Counted from the first letter of the stretch, positions 39,363-48,952 are shown. The stretch is DNA of 64,000 nt from an uncultured delta proteobacterium (GCA_963716725.1 CAVQUB010000002.1:128001-192000); one strand, 5' to 3'. A program made the numbers and translations. The notes: generated from the sequence alone by a model not told the origin.

Positions 39363-39386
39363 GAACCAACAACGTGGGCGCTCGTC
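39363..39386 (+). promoter_or_regulatory. Putative ECF-type promoter (GAAC-N16-CGTC) upstream of the ECF sigma gene
   Basis: GAAC 39363-39366 and CGTC 39383-39386, 27 nt before ATG 39414; fits the general ECF AAC/CGT consensus. Confidence 0.4.
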
Positions 39387-39413
39387 CATCACCTGCCCGG
39401 GCCGGGGTGACGG

Positions 39414-40034
39414 ATGGCGACTTTGCGGGGCGATGCAACGGACGAAATGCTCATGGTGCGCTACCAGCGAGGCGACCGTGAGGCGTTCGCGGAGCTCGTG
39501 AGGCGTCACAAGACGCCGATCTACAACTTCGTGCTGCGCCACGTTCGCCAAGGCAACACGGCCGAGGACGTCACTCAAGACGTGTTCTTGCGCGTCGTGC
39601 AGAGCGCCAGTGAATTCAAGCACGAGGCCCGGTTTTCCACCTGGCTCTACACCATCGCGCGCAACTTGTGCGTCGACCATCTACGCAAGCAGACCCACCG
39701 ACGGCACGCTTCCTTGGATCAACCCGTCACATCGAATGGAGAAGACTCACGGCCACTGGTCGATCACGTGGCGGACGCCCACCCCCGCGCCAGCGTCGAA
39801 CGCAGCGCAGTTGCAGGCGAGGTGGCGAGCCGCATCTTGGACGCAGTGGAGAAGCTCCCAGACGAACAACGCGAAGTGTTCTTGCTGCGCGAAGTGGCCA
39901 ACCTGCCCTTCAAGGAGATCGCCGAGGTCACCGGCGTCGGAGAGAACACAGTGAAGAGTCGGATGCGTTATGCGCTCGACCGACTCCAAGAAGCTCTGAG
40001 CGATTTCGAAGAGTACGCACGAGCCTTGAGATGA
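39414..40034 (+). CDS. ECF RNA polymerase sigma factor
   Basis: AEDVTQDVF, FSTWLYTIARNLCVD (region 2); LPDEQREVFLLRE..FKEIAEVTGVGENTVKSR (region 4). Confidence 0.95.
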   Translation: MATLRGDATDEMLMVRYQRGDREAFAELVRRHKTPIYNFVLRHVRQGNTAEDVTQDVFLRVVQSASEFKHEARFSTWLYTIARNLCVDHLRKQTHRRHASLDQPVTSNGEDSRPLVDHVADAHPRASVERSAVAGEVASRILDAVEKLPDEQREVFLLREVANLPFKEIAEVTGVGENTVKSRMRYALDRLQEALSDFEEYARALR

Positions 40035-40061
40035 CCCGAGACTGAGCTGAAGGATAGACCC

Positions 40062-41180
40062 GTGGATTGCGAGAAGTTCGACCGAATCGTGCTCGACCTG
40101 CTCTACGACGAGCTGGACGAACTCACGAGCGCCGCGGCGGCGCGGCACACCGAGCACTGCGCCCGCTGCCGCAGCATCGGCTCGGGACTGCGGGCGACCC
40201 GGCAAATTGGGGAGCTTCCGCTGGTAGAACCGCCCTCGGGGCTCGAGCAGCGCATCCTCGCGGCCGAGCGCAACGCCCGGGCAGATTTCCCGTTGCGCCA
40301 GCGGCTCGGGCGCAGCATTTCGGTCATGGCCGGATACGCCATGCGACCGCAGTTGGCGATGGCGGCGCTCTTGCTCTTGATGATCGGCACGAGCCTGTTG
40401 TTCCTCCGAGCCAAGCCCGGTGCCAGAGAGAGCTTGCAGGTCACCGAACGCGGGATCCCCGAGAGCGAGAACGAGACGGTGACCCTGGTGCCCGTGCCGG
40501 CGAAGGCCCGCGCCGGAGAGCCGGCGAACGAAGGGCGCGCGAGCACCAGCGACCGCGATCTCCAACGCGAGCTGTCGCCCGGTGCGGACGAGGGCGAGCG
40601 CGGCTTCGCTGCCAGCCCACCTCCCGCCGCCGCGGCTGCCGCTCCGGAAGGCGCCGAAGAGCGGAAGGATGACCAGGCCTTTTCGTCGGGCCTCGCCGTC
40701 GACGGGGGGTCCGGCGACAACGAGTACGACCAAGCCATGGCGGACTACCGGGCCCGTCGCTACGGCGCCGCCCAGAAGAACTTCGACAACGTCGCGAACC
40801 GCGGCGGGGGCAACGCTCCCACCGCCGAGCTCTTCGCGGCCCAGTCGGTGCGCAACCAGGCGGGGTGCTCGGCAGCCACTTCGCGTTTCGAGTCCATCAA
40901 CAGCAAGCACCGCGGTACCGGCATCGGCAATGAAGCGCTCTGGCAAGCGGGCGACTGCTACCGAACGGCCGGCGATCCCGAGAACGCACGACGCGCGTAC
41001 AAGCAGCTGATCGGAGTTGCGGGCTACGACGGACGCGCCCAGCGCGCGCTGGCCTCGCTCGACGAAGAACCCGTGGCTGCGCGGCAGGAGGCCGCCAAGC
41101 CCAAGCCCGCCGCCAAGCCGGAGCCCCAAAAAGCCGCGCCCAAGGCCGGCAAGCCCCCGCCCAAACCGCCGGCCTACTGA
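40062..41180 (+). CDS. Zinc-binding anti-sigma factor (zf-HC2) with TM and periplasmic TPR domain
   Basis: MDC...HTEHCARC ZAS motif, one TM, C-terminal TPR-like helices. Confidence 0.85.
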   Translation: MDCEKFDRIVLDLLYDELDELTSAAAARHTEHCARCRSIGSGLRATRQIGELPLVEPPSGLEQRILAAERNARADFPLRQRLGRSISVMAGYAMRPQLAMAALLLLMIGTSLLFLRAKPGARESLQVTERGIPESENETVTLVPVPAKARAGEPANEGRASTSDRDLQRELSPGADEGERGFAASPPPAAAAAAPEGAEERKDDQAFSSGLAVDGGSGDNEYDQAMADYRARRYGAAQKNFDNVANRGGGNAPTAELFAAQSVRNQAGCSAATSRFESINSKHRGTGIGNEALWQAGDCYRTAGDPENARRAYKQLIGVAGYDGRAQRALASLDEEPVAARQEAAKPKPAAKPEPQKAAPKAGKPPPKPPAY

Positions 41181-41241
41181 CCGGGGCTCGGGCGCCGAGG
41201 CCGCGCCCCGGAGCAGGAGCCCCATCGGACGCCTGACTCGA

Positions 41242-41737
41242 CTAGTGCCGCCCGGCTGAAGTTCGAGTGGATTCGCCCCTGAGACCTGCGCTCATTTGGG
41301 CTCTCACAGGAAGGGCGGCAGAGCGGAAGGATTTGGGGTGGTCAGGCGTGAGCCTCCGCAGGCCATTTCTGAGCGCGGTCACGTTGAAGTTGACGAGCAG
41401 ACCGACGGGCAACCGCGAAAGGCGCAGATAGGTGATGACCTGCGCTTCGTGAATCGGGAGCAGCCGCTCGACCGCCTCGAGTTCCAGGAGGATACGATCT
41501 GGAAGCGACCAGGTCGAGGCGATAGGCGCAGTCAAGGTGTACGCCTTTGTAGCGGATTGGTAGCGGTCGCTGCCGCTCGAACTTGAGCCGTCGTTTGGAC
41601 AGCTCGGCAGATAGACAGGCCTCATATGCGGATTCCATCAGCCCTGGACCGAGATGCCGATGCACCTCGATCAGCGCACCGATCACCTCGTCCGTCCCAT
41701 CCCCAAATCTTCCGAGCTTTCGCCCTTCCTGTGCCAT
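41242..41737 (-). pseudogene. GxxExxY family (PD-(D/E)xK-like) protein, frameshifted near 41500
   Basis: VIGALIEVHRHLGPGLMESAYEACL...YRLDLV in one frame; DRILLELEAVERLLPIHEAQVITYLRLS..VGLLVNFN in another. Confidence 0.88.
41305..41733. repeat. Imperfect ~34-bp inverted repeats bracketing the GxxExxY gene (41305-41338 and 41701-41733)
   Basis: CACAGGAAGGGCGGCAGAGCGGAAGGATTTGGGG vs revcomp CACAGGAAGGGCGAAAGCTCGGAAG-ATTTGGGG, 29/34 identical. Confidence 0.85.
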
Positions 41738-41754
41738 CCCCGTGTGGTCGGGCC

Positions 41755-42241
41755 TCACTCCGAAACAATTGCGGCTTTCTTCGCAGAAAGTGAGGGGATT
41801 TTTCTGGGTTCGGCCCACGACTTGGGGCGGTACGACCAGCGAAAGGGTCGGTCGGTCTGCAGATACCACGCGACGTACGCGTCGATCCTCGCCGCGAGGT
41901 CGTCGGTGCTTCTACTCGAGCCGCTACGGTGTCCGAGAGAGAGAGGGCGGCCGTCCCGAGCGCGGGGCGTCCGCCAGTCTCTCGCTAGGTGCCGCGCAGT
42001 CGAAGCGCTTGCGCCAGTCGTCCACCGTGCGCACGTGCACCCCGAGGAGCCGGGCGATGTCCGTCGCAGGCACTCCGTCCGCCATCATCAACACGGCCTG
42101 CGCCCGACGAACCAGCCGCTGCTCCGCCCTGGCGGGTCGCAACGCCTCCTCGATCCGCGCGCGCTCTTCAGCCCTCAGCGCGAGCGGAACCGTCGGACGA
42201 CCACCGTGCGCTCGACCCGCGAACGCGCTGTAGTCGATCAT
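41755..42241 (-). pseudogene. IS630 transposase remnant (HTH N-terminus plus extreme C-terminus; DDE core deleted)
   Basis: RRAQAVLMMADG...IARLLGVHVRTVDDWRKRF...LADAPRSGRP (41924-42241); STDDLAARIDAYVAWY..DRPFRWSY (41755-41910). Confidence 0.85.
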
Positions 42242-42306
42242 GTCACCCCACTACACCGACGACACGCACACGGAAAAGAAACCAGCGAAACTTCTGCCGC
42301 GCGGCA

Positions 42307-42708
42307 CTAGTTCTTCGCGGCCTCGCGCACGTAGGCGATGGTGCGTACGAGATCGACGATCCGGTCTCGCTCGTCGAACTCGAGATCCACGAAGCTGACC
42401 CCCATGCCGGGGTTCAGGTTCTCCCCGAGCACTCTGAGCGGGTTCACCCACTGCACCACGCCTTCGATCACGAAGGAGTCGGCCGAGCCCGGGGCCGAGA
42501 AGCGCAACCTCAGCCGCGTACCGATCTGCAACGGTTCGTTGGTTCGCACGAAGATCCCGAGCTCGGAGATGTTGGTGATCGAGGCGTAGAGAAAGGTCTC
42601 GTCGGCCTCGCAGTCCACCGACCAGACCACGTCGAAGCGATCCGCAGCGCGCCGCTCCCTGAGTCGCCGCTCGGAGAAATCCGGAGGATCGTCGTCGTGG
42701 CCCACCAC
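42307..42708 (-). CDS. Stand-alone PilZ domain protein (TIGR02266-like)
   Basis: ERRAADR (RxxxR), NISELGIF, GVVQWV, PGMGVSF; start uncertain. Confidence 0.85.
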   Translation of the reverse strand: MVGHDDDPPDFSERRLRERRAADRFDVVWSVDCEADETFLYASITNISELGIFVRTNEPLQIGTRLRLRFSAPGSADSFVIEGVVQWVNPLRVLGENLNPGMGVSFVDLEFDERDRIVDLVRTIAYVREAAKN

Positions 42709-42784
42709 TGGGGGCTTAGCCCCGAATCGGGGCGATGTCCAAGCCCCTCCCCCGCGGCCGCTGCCCCGGGTTTTTGCCCGCAAC

Positions 42785-45346
42785 TCAGCGCACCCGGAGC
42801 CGGCCCGCTTCGAGGCGGTTGTCGTTGTGGCGCCCGCGCTTCACCTCGAGCCGCCGGCTGCCGATGAACAGGCCGAAGAAGACCTCGTAGTCGCCGGGCG
42901 TGAAATTCGGCTCGAGCGAGAAAGGGTAGACGTCCACCATGTAGTCCCCGACCCGCCACAGGTGAAAGGCGTACTTGTTCTCCAGAGTCTGGTGGTCACC
43001 GTTGAACCGGCGCTGAAAGCCGTCGATGTGGATGAAGGTCTCCCAGTTGCCCGAGATCGCCGCCACGACCTTGTAGTAAGTGCGAAACTGGAACTGCTTC
43101 TGCGGCACGACGCTGTCGACGGGACGACCCTCGAGGTCGGTCACCTCCCAGCCGATCACGTCGAGCTGCCCCGCCAGGTTCGCGTCCATGCGGACCCTGG
43201 GGTTCGGAGCTTGGTCGAGCACCCACGACGAGAAGGGGTTCTCGTTCTTTTCGCCGGCCTCGAGGCGGTTGCTGAGCAACATGATCTCGCTCGAACGCGC
43301 GTCGAGCACCGGCACATTGCCGGGCGCACTCGGCAGGGCCCGGTGCAGCGAGTTGAGCTGGGGCAGATCCGCCGAGCGCAGCACGAGCCAGCGCCGCTCC
43401 GTGCCGTCCGTGAGCCAGTTGAAGGCGGCGTTTGCGTTGTCGAAGGCCGGCACGTTGCGACCGGCGTAGTAGGCCGCGGCCCCGGTGCCGACCCCGACGA
43501 TGCCCAGGGATTCACCCGGCTTGGCGTGCTTGCGGTAGGCGTCGAAGACCTCCTTGGGGGAGATCTGCGCGGCTAGCTTGGGGTAGTAGCCGAGGCTGAA
43601 CACCGCGCCGGACGCCGCCACGCTGCAGGCCGCGACCGTCGCCCGTGACAGCGGGATGCGCAGGAACAACTCGCGCAGGACGTCGCGCGCGAGCAGCCCC
43701 AGGACGGGCAGCAGCACCAGCAGGGGCAGCCCCAGGTAGCCCCAGGTCGCGACCTGACGCGCGAGCGGCCCGGCCTGTTCGAACTGCTTCCAGTGGAACT
43801 GGCTCTTGCTCAGCCAAGTGAGCGCGGCGTAACCGACCAGGGCCGCCTCGGCCACCAGCACGGTGAACCACAAGTTACCCGACCACAGTGTCCTGAGCGC
43901 CCGCGGCCAAGCCCAATACTCCTCGCGATCGAAGCGTCGGGCGAGCCGGTCGGTGCTCTCCATGAAGGCGGCGCCAAAGCCGCCGATCATGATCAGGGTG
44001 CCCACCTTCAGCAGACGGTGCGCCGACTCCTTGAAGCTCTCCGGGAAGCGCGGGTCTTCCACCACGAAGGCCGAGAGGCCCTTCTCCGGGAAGTTCTTGA
44101 AGTCGTAGTAGAGGAGGATGGCGAGGGCTGCGACTCCCATGGCCAGGGCCCTCGATCCGGGCGCACCGCGATCGAAATCACGGAGCGCGAGCGCGGCGAT
44201 CACCGCTAGCATGCACACGGCGACGTACGGGAGGAGACCCACCGTCGGCGCCACCAGCCCGTGAGCGCCGAAGGCCACCGCGGCGATCAGCATGGCCATC
44301 ACTCGCAGCGCGGTCTCCGGGGCGACTCGGCTGGGCGCGACGCCGTGCGGCGGACGCAAGAGTCGGCCCACCGCGAAGGGCACCACTGCGCTCCACGGAA
44401 ACAGCCCGTGACCCAGGTAGTGGACCACTGCGTCGTAGGTGGGCAGCATCTTGGGCGGCTTGACCGACGCCCCGAGCAGCAGCGAAAGATCGGTGGGGTG
44501 AGCGGTCGCTCGACCGAGGGCCCGAAGTCCCAGGAACACCCCGAACAGGCCCAGGGCCAAGGTGAGCGCGCCCACGACGTGGGCAAGCCGCTGGGGGCCC
44601 AAACGAGATCGCAGGAGCAACCACGTGATGCCAACGCCCAGCGACGGAGGCACGACGCCGAGCAAGACGCCGCGGGCACCGAAGCCGGCAGCCAGACCCA
44701 CCAGCCCGAGCAGGAGCCAGGCGACGCGCCTGGCGGCGGAGCTCTCCGCGTCGAAGATCGCCAGACCCAGGCCCGCCGCGGCCATCGCGATGGACGACAT
44801 CGTGACGATGTCGCCAAGCATGGTGCGCGAGTGCAGAAAGTAGAGCGGCATGGTCGCCAGCGCGAGCACCGCAAACGCGCCGGCAATCCGATCGACGAGA
44901 CGCGACACCAGCGCGTAGGTCGAGAGCGCGCCGACCATGCCCCAGATCGCCAGCGGTAGCCGCCCCGCCCATTCGTGCAAACCGAAGAGCTTGAAGCCGA
45001 GGGCGATGGACGTGAACGGGAGTTGCCCGCGCGAGAGCTCGCCGAGGGTGGGCACCGTGTTGGTGGACCCCTCGATGGAGAGGTTCGATGCGCCGAGCAG
45101 GGTCAGCGCGATGCGGCGGGACAGCTCCGCGACGCGGAGCTCGAAGGGATCCCAGATGCCGCTCTGGGCCAGTGGCCCGAACAAGCTCGCCGCCAGCAGC
45201 AGGAACGCCACGGCCGGCAGCCAGCTCGCGCCGCGGCTTCGTTCGGCCCCGGCGCTCTCGCCTCGCGTCTGGGCGCCCAGCGGAGCGACGGCGTCGTCGG
45301 GCGCGCCGAGGTCCCCGCTCGTTCGATCGATGTCCGTCGCGCTCAT
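42785..45346 (-). CDS. Large GT-C (PMT/GT39-like) membrane glycosyltransferase with C-terminal soluble domain
   Basis: GIWDPFE, FGLHEWAGRLP, more than 12 TMs, C-terminal beta-rich domain (FIHIDG..NGDH..W..GD). Confidence 0.75.
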   Translation of the reverse strand: MSATDIDRTSGDLGAPDDAVAPLGAQTRGESAGAERSRGASWLPAVAFLLLAASLFGPLAQSGIWDPFELRVAELSRRIALTLLGASNLSIEGSTNTVPTLGELSRGQLPFTSIALGFKLFGLHEWAGRLPLAIWGMVGALSTYALVSRLVDRIAGAFAVLALATMPLYFLHSRTMLGDIVTMSSIAMAAAGLGLAIFDAESSAARRVAWLLLGLVGLAAGFGARGVLLGVVPPSLGVGITWLLLRSRLGPQRLAHVVGALTLALGLFGVFLGLRALGRATAHPTDLSLLLGASVKPPKMLPTYDAVVHYLGHGLFPWSAVVPFAVGRLLRPPHGVAPSRVAPETALRVMAMLIAAVAFGAHGLVAPTVGLLPYVAVCMLAVIAALALRDFDRGAPGSRALAMGVAALAILLYYDFKNFPEKGLSAFVVEDPRFPESFKESAHRLLKVGTLIMIGGFGAAFMESTDRLARRFDREEYWAWPRALRTLWSGNLWFTVLVAEAALVGYAALTWLSKSQFHWKQFEQAGPLARQVATWGYLGLPLLVLLPVLGLLARDVLRELFLRIPLSRATVAACSVAASGAVFSLGYYPKLAAQISPKEVFDAYRKHAKPGESLGIVGVGTGAAAYYAGRNVPAFDNANAAFNWLTDGTERRWLVLRSADLPQLNSLHRALPSAPGNVPVLDARSSEIMLLSNRLEAGEKNENPFSSWVLDQAPNPRVRMDANLAGQLDVIGWEVTDLEGRPVDSVVPQKQFQFRTYYKVVAAISGNWETFIHIDGFQRRFNGDHQTLENKYAFHLWRVGDYMVDVYPFSLEPNFTPGDYEVFFGLFIGSRRLEVKRGRHNDNRLEAGRLRVR

Positions 45347-45508
45347 GGCTGGTCGAGAAGAGGGCGGGACCTTAGCAGAAGTTTTCGGGCGGAAAGCGCG
45401 GTTCTGCGGGCCGACAATCGCCCGTGCATTTGCGTCAAAACCGGGCCGATGACGCGCAAGCGGCTTGCGAACCCCGATCCGCTCGTGAGAAGACGCCGCC
45501 GGCTCCTC

Positions 45509-46474
45509 ATGCGCTTTGGTTCCGTTGCCCTCCTGGGTCGCACCAACGTCGGTAAGTCGACGTTCCTCAACGCCGTACTCGGCGAGAGCCTGGCCGTGGT
45601 GTCACCGATCCCGCAAACTACCCGCGAGTCGCTGCTCGGAGTCGTCCACCGGCCCGACGCTCAGATCGCCTTCGTGGACACCCCGGGACTGCATCGACCC
45701 AAGAGCGAGCTGGGGCGGCGCATGAACGCCACCGCCCTCGAGGTCGCCCGGGCGGCGGACGTGTTGGTGGTGATGACCGACGTGGACCCGGCGCTGGCCA
45801 AGAACCCGAGCGAGATGGTCGAACGCGACCGCGAGGTCATCGAGCTCCTGCCCAGAGGCCCTGCGCGCCTGTTGGTATTGAACAAGGTCGATCTCGTACG
45901 CAACAAGCAGAAGCTGCTCCCGGCCCTGGTCGCCTACGAGCAGATGCACGAGTTCGCGGAGCTGGTGCCGGTCTCGTTGAAGACTCCCGCCGACGCCGAG
46001 CGCGTGCTCGATGCCATCGAGAAACTCCTGCCCGAAGGCGCCGCCGGTTACGACCCCGAGACGCTCACGGACCGAACCACGCCCTTCTTCGTCCGCGAGT
46101 ACGTCCGCGAGCAGGTGATCGTCGCCACCCAAGGTGAGGTCCCCCACGCCGTCGCGGTGAGCATCGACGTGATCGAAGAGCGCGATCGGCTCCTGTCCAT
46201 CAAGGCCACCATCCACGTGGAGAAGGACGGGCAGCGCCGGATCCTGATCGGCAAGGGCGGCGCCAACATCAAGGCCATCGGCACGGGCGCCCGACTGCGA
46301 CTCGAGGAGCTCTACGGAACCAAGATTTACCTCGAGCTGTTCGTGCGCGTGACGCCCAAGTGGAAGAGCGTGCCGCGCCAGCTGGCGGAGCTCGGCTACG
46401 AAGCCCCCGCCGAAAAGCGCTTGCTCAGCGCCCTGCCCGACGCACCAAAACGCCGCCCGCGAGGCCCGCGGTGA
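45509..46474 (+). CDS. era: GTPase Era
   Basis: GRTNVGKST, PQTTR, DTPG, NKVD, EVPHAVAV, KH-domain IGKGG. Confidence 0.95.
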   Translation: MRFGSVALLGRTNVGKSTFLNAVLGESLAVVSPIPQTTRESLLGVVHRPDAQIAFVDTPGLHRPKSELGRRMNATALEVARAADVLVVMTDVDPALAKNPSEMVERDREVIELLPRGPARLLVLNKVDLVRNKQKLLPALVAYEQMHEFAELVPVSLKTPADAERVLDAIEKLLPEGAAGYDPETLTDRTTPFFVREYVREQVIVATQGEVPHAVAVSIDVIEERDRLLSIKATIHVEKDGQRRILIGKGGANIKAIGTGARLRLEELYGTKIYLELFVRVTPKWKSVPRQLAELGYEAPAEKRLLSALPDAPKRRPRGPR

Positions 46475-47796
46475 GGCCCGTCGTCGCCATCGTCGGCCGA
46501 CCGAACGTCGGGAAGAGCACGCTCTTCAATCGGCTCGCCGGCAAGCGACTCGCGATCGTGCACGATGCGCCGGGGGTGACGCGCGACCGAAACTACGGCG
46601 ACGTGCACCTGGCCGGGCGCGAGCTCGTGATGGTGGACACCGGCGGCTTCGACCCGACCGACGAGGACCCGCTGCGCCAGGGCATCGCGCGGCAGGTTCG
46701 GGCGGCGCTGGCGGAGGCCGACGTGGTCGTGTGTGTGCTCGACGGATCGATGTCGCCGACCTTGGCCGACCGCGAGGCGATCAAGCTGCTGCGGCGCAGC
46801 GACAAGCCCGTGATCTACGTCGCGAACAAGGCCGACGACCGGAACAAGGCCTTGGCCGCCAACGAGCTCTACGAGATGGGAGTGCCGGCGCTGTTGCCGG
46901 TATCCGCGCTTCACGGTCGCGGTACCGGGGAGCTGATCTCGGCCATTGCCGCCGCGCTGCCGAAGCACGAGGTCAGCGCAGAGCCCGAGGACGACGGGGC
47001 CATCCGGGTCGCCATCGTGGGGCGCCCCAACGCCGGCAAATCGTCGCTGGTGAACCGACTGGCCAAGTCCGAGCGATCACTGGTCGACGATCGCCCTGGG
47101 ACCACCCGGGACCCCGTCGACACGCGGGTCGAAATCGACGGGCAGGCCTTCGTGGTGGTGGACACGGCTGGCATCCGCCGGCGTGCGAAGGTCGAGAGCG
47201 GAGTCGAAGCGGCCAGCGTGTTGCGGGCGCTTCGCAGCATGGAACGAGCCCAGGTCGTGGTGCTCCTGTGCGAGGCCACCGAAGGCGTCGCCGAGCAGGA
47301 CGCACGCTTGATGGGACTGGTGTCCGAGCGCGGCCGCGCCATCGTGATCGGCCTCAACAAGACCGATTTGCTCGACAAGCTTGGGCGCAAGAAGGCCGAG
47401 GATCAGGTGAGCGACGCGCTCCGCTTCGCTCCCTGGGCGCCGCTGGTGCAGGTCTCCGCCAAGAACGGCTGGGGCGTCCAAGAGCTGATGCGCACCGTCC
47501 GACGCGCCTCCGAAGAGTTCACCCGCCGCGTGCCGACGGCGGAGCTGAACCGCTTCTTCGAGACCGTGCTCGAGCATCGCTCGCCACCCACCCACAAGGG
47601 TCGCGCGCCGCGCATCTACTACATCACGCAAGCGCAAACGGCGCCGCCGGTGTTCGTGGCCGTCAGCAGCGCGCCAGATCACATCAAAGAGAGCTACAAG
47701 CGCTACGTCATCAACCAGATCCGCAAGAAGTTCGGCTTCCAGTGCGTGCCCATCGAGCTCGTGTTCCGGGGCAAGGGTCGGAAACCAGCGAGCTGA
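46471..47796 (+). CDS. der: Ribosome biogenesis GTPase Der (EngA)
   Basis: Two G domains (GRPNVGKST/GVTRD/DTGG and GRPNAGKSS/GTTRD/DTAG); GTGA overlap with era. Confidence 0.96.
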   Translation: MRPVVAIVGRPNVGKSTLFNRLAGKRLAIVHDAPGVTRDRNYGDVHLAGRELVMVDTGGFDPTDEDPLRQGIARQVRAALAEADVVVCVLDGSMSPTLADREAIKLLRRSDKPVIYVANKADDRNKALAANELYEMGVPALLPVSALHGRGTGELISAIAAALPKHEVSAEPEDDGAIRVAIVGRPNAGKSSLVNRLAKSERSLVDDRPGTTRDPVDTRVEIDGQAFVVVDTAGIRRRAKVESGVEAASVLRALRSMERAQVVVLLCEATEGVAEQDARLMGLVSERGRAIVIGLNKTDLLDKLGRKKAEDQVSDALRFAPWAPLVQVSAKNGWGVQELMRTVRRASEEFTRRVPTAELNRFFETVLEHRSPPTHKGRAPRIYYITQAQTAPPVFVAVSSAPDHIKESYKRYVINQIRKKFGFQCVPIELVFRGKGRKPAS

Positions 47797-47797
47797 A

Positions 47798-48952
47798 TCA
47801 GCCCGGGCAGAGCAGCGTCGCTATTCCGCCCAGCGTGCTCAGATCGTGAACGTCTCCGGGGAGCGCGGGGATGTCCACGCGGATCGGCCTGGTGCCGCGG
47901 AGCCCGGGAACGAGGACTCGATCGAGGTTCGCGAGCTCGCCGGCGTCGGTCTCCGCGAGCTCGGTCTCTTCGGCCAGGGCGCGGTCGAGTCGGTCTGCGC
48001 CCGACGCCCCGAGATCGAGCCCGTGCAGCGCGATGGAGGTCTCGATTTCCTCGCGGCTGGGCCGAGCGCGGGGCCTCTTGTGCACCCGATTGACCACGAA
48101 GGCATCGCGGTGCATGCCCTGCTCTTCCAAGCGATCCGCGAAGAAGATCGCCTCGCGCACCGCGGCGGGGGCCGGGGTGGTGACCAGCACGTAACCGAAC
48201 TCGGGTCCCCGGAACGCCGCCGCGACCTCCGTCGCCCGCTGCCGAAATCCCCCGAACAGGTCGTTCAGATCGGTGATGAACGCGGCCATTTGCTCCAGGA
48301 ATCCGCCGCCGGTCAGCTTGCCGATGCCGCGCAGCACCACCGCCACGCTCTTGGCGACCAGGTTCAGACTGAAGCGCCCCGACTGCTCGAAGGCCTGCAT
48401 CATCCAGCGCACCGCCGCGCTGTCCAGCGCGTGGATCAGCCGCTCCGGCGCATCCAAGAAGTCGAGCGCGTTGCTGGTCGGTGGCGTGTCGAGCACGATC
48501 AGGTCGTAGCCACCGTCACGCTTGACGGCGAGCAGCTTCTCCATCGCCATGTACTCCTGAGTCCCTGCGAGGCTGGTCGACACGTACTGGTACAGACGAT
48601 TGTCGAGGATTCGATCCCTCGCCTCGTCGCTCGACGCGTAGCGCACCACGAGCTCGTCGAAGGTCTGCTTGGTGTCGAGCATCATCACGCTCAGATGACC
48701 CGGCACGGTCAGACCGGCACGCTCGAAGAGCTCGGGAGCCACGACCTGCTCCTGCCCGGTCATGTGCGAGAGGCCCAGGCTGTTGGCGAGGCGTTTGGCG
48801 GGATCGATGGTCAGGCAGAGCACGCGCTTGCCGCGCGCTGCGGCGGCCAGACCGAGCGCCGCGGTCACCGTCGTCTTGCCGACACCACCGCTGCCCACGC
48901 ACAGAACCACGCGGTGGCGTTCGAGCAGCGGAGCCAGGCTGGGTGCGGACAT
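47798..48952 (-). CDS. ArsA/GET3-like anion-transporting ATPase
   Basis: GSGGVGKTT, TIDPAKRLA, GTQEYMAMEKL, DTPPT. Confidence 0.9.
   Translation of the reverse strand: MSAPSLAPLLERHRVVLCVGSGGVGKTTVTAALGLAAAARGKRVLCLTIDPAKRLANSLGLSHMTGQEQVVAPELFERAGLTVPGHLSVMMLDTKQTFDELVVRYASSDEARDRILDNRLYQYVSTSLAGTQEYMAMEKLLAVKRDGGYDLIVLDTPPTSNALDFLDAPERLIHALDSAAVRWMMQAFEQSGRFSLNLVAKSVAVVLRGIGKLTGGGFLEQMAAFITDLNDLFGGFRQRATEVAAAFRGPEFGYVLVTTPAPAAVREAIFFADRLEEQGMHRDAFVVNRVHKRPRARPSREEIETSIALHGLDLGASGADRLDRALAEETELAETDAGELANLDRVLVPGLRGTRPIRVDIPALPGDVHDLSTLGGIATLLCPG

Larger units (their letters stand above)
41245..42307 (-). mobile_element. Non-autonomous, internally deleted IS630-family element carrying GxxExxY cargo
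   Basis: Ends TAGTGCCGCCCGGCTGAAGTT (41243-41263) and revcomp TAGTGCCGCGCGGCAGAAGTT (42289-42309) match at 19/21; TA at both flanks; transposase N- and C-terminal remnants inside. Confidence 0.85.

Noticed and set aside
38960..39413. Possible ncRNA or riboswitch in the long intergenic region
   Set aside because: GC-rich hairpins are present, but I recognise no RNA family motif; a covariance search is needed
41181..41225. Intrinsic terminator after the anti-sigma gene
   Set aside because: A GGGGCTC...GAGCCCC stem is present, but the loop is long and there is no U-tract
47798..48952. Arsenic resistance locus
   Set aside because: ArsA-like ATPase only; no arsB/C/R genes nearby
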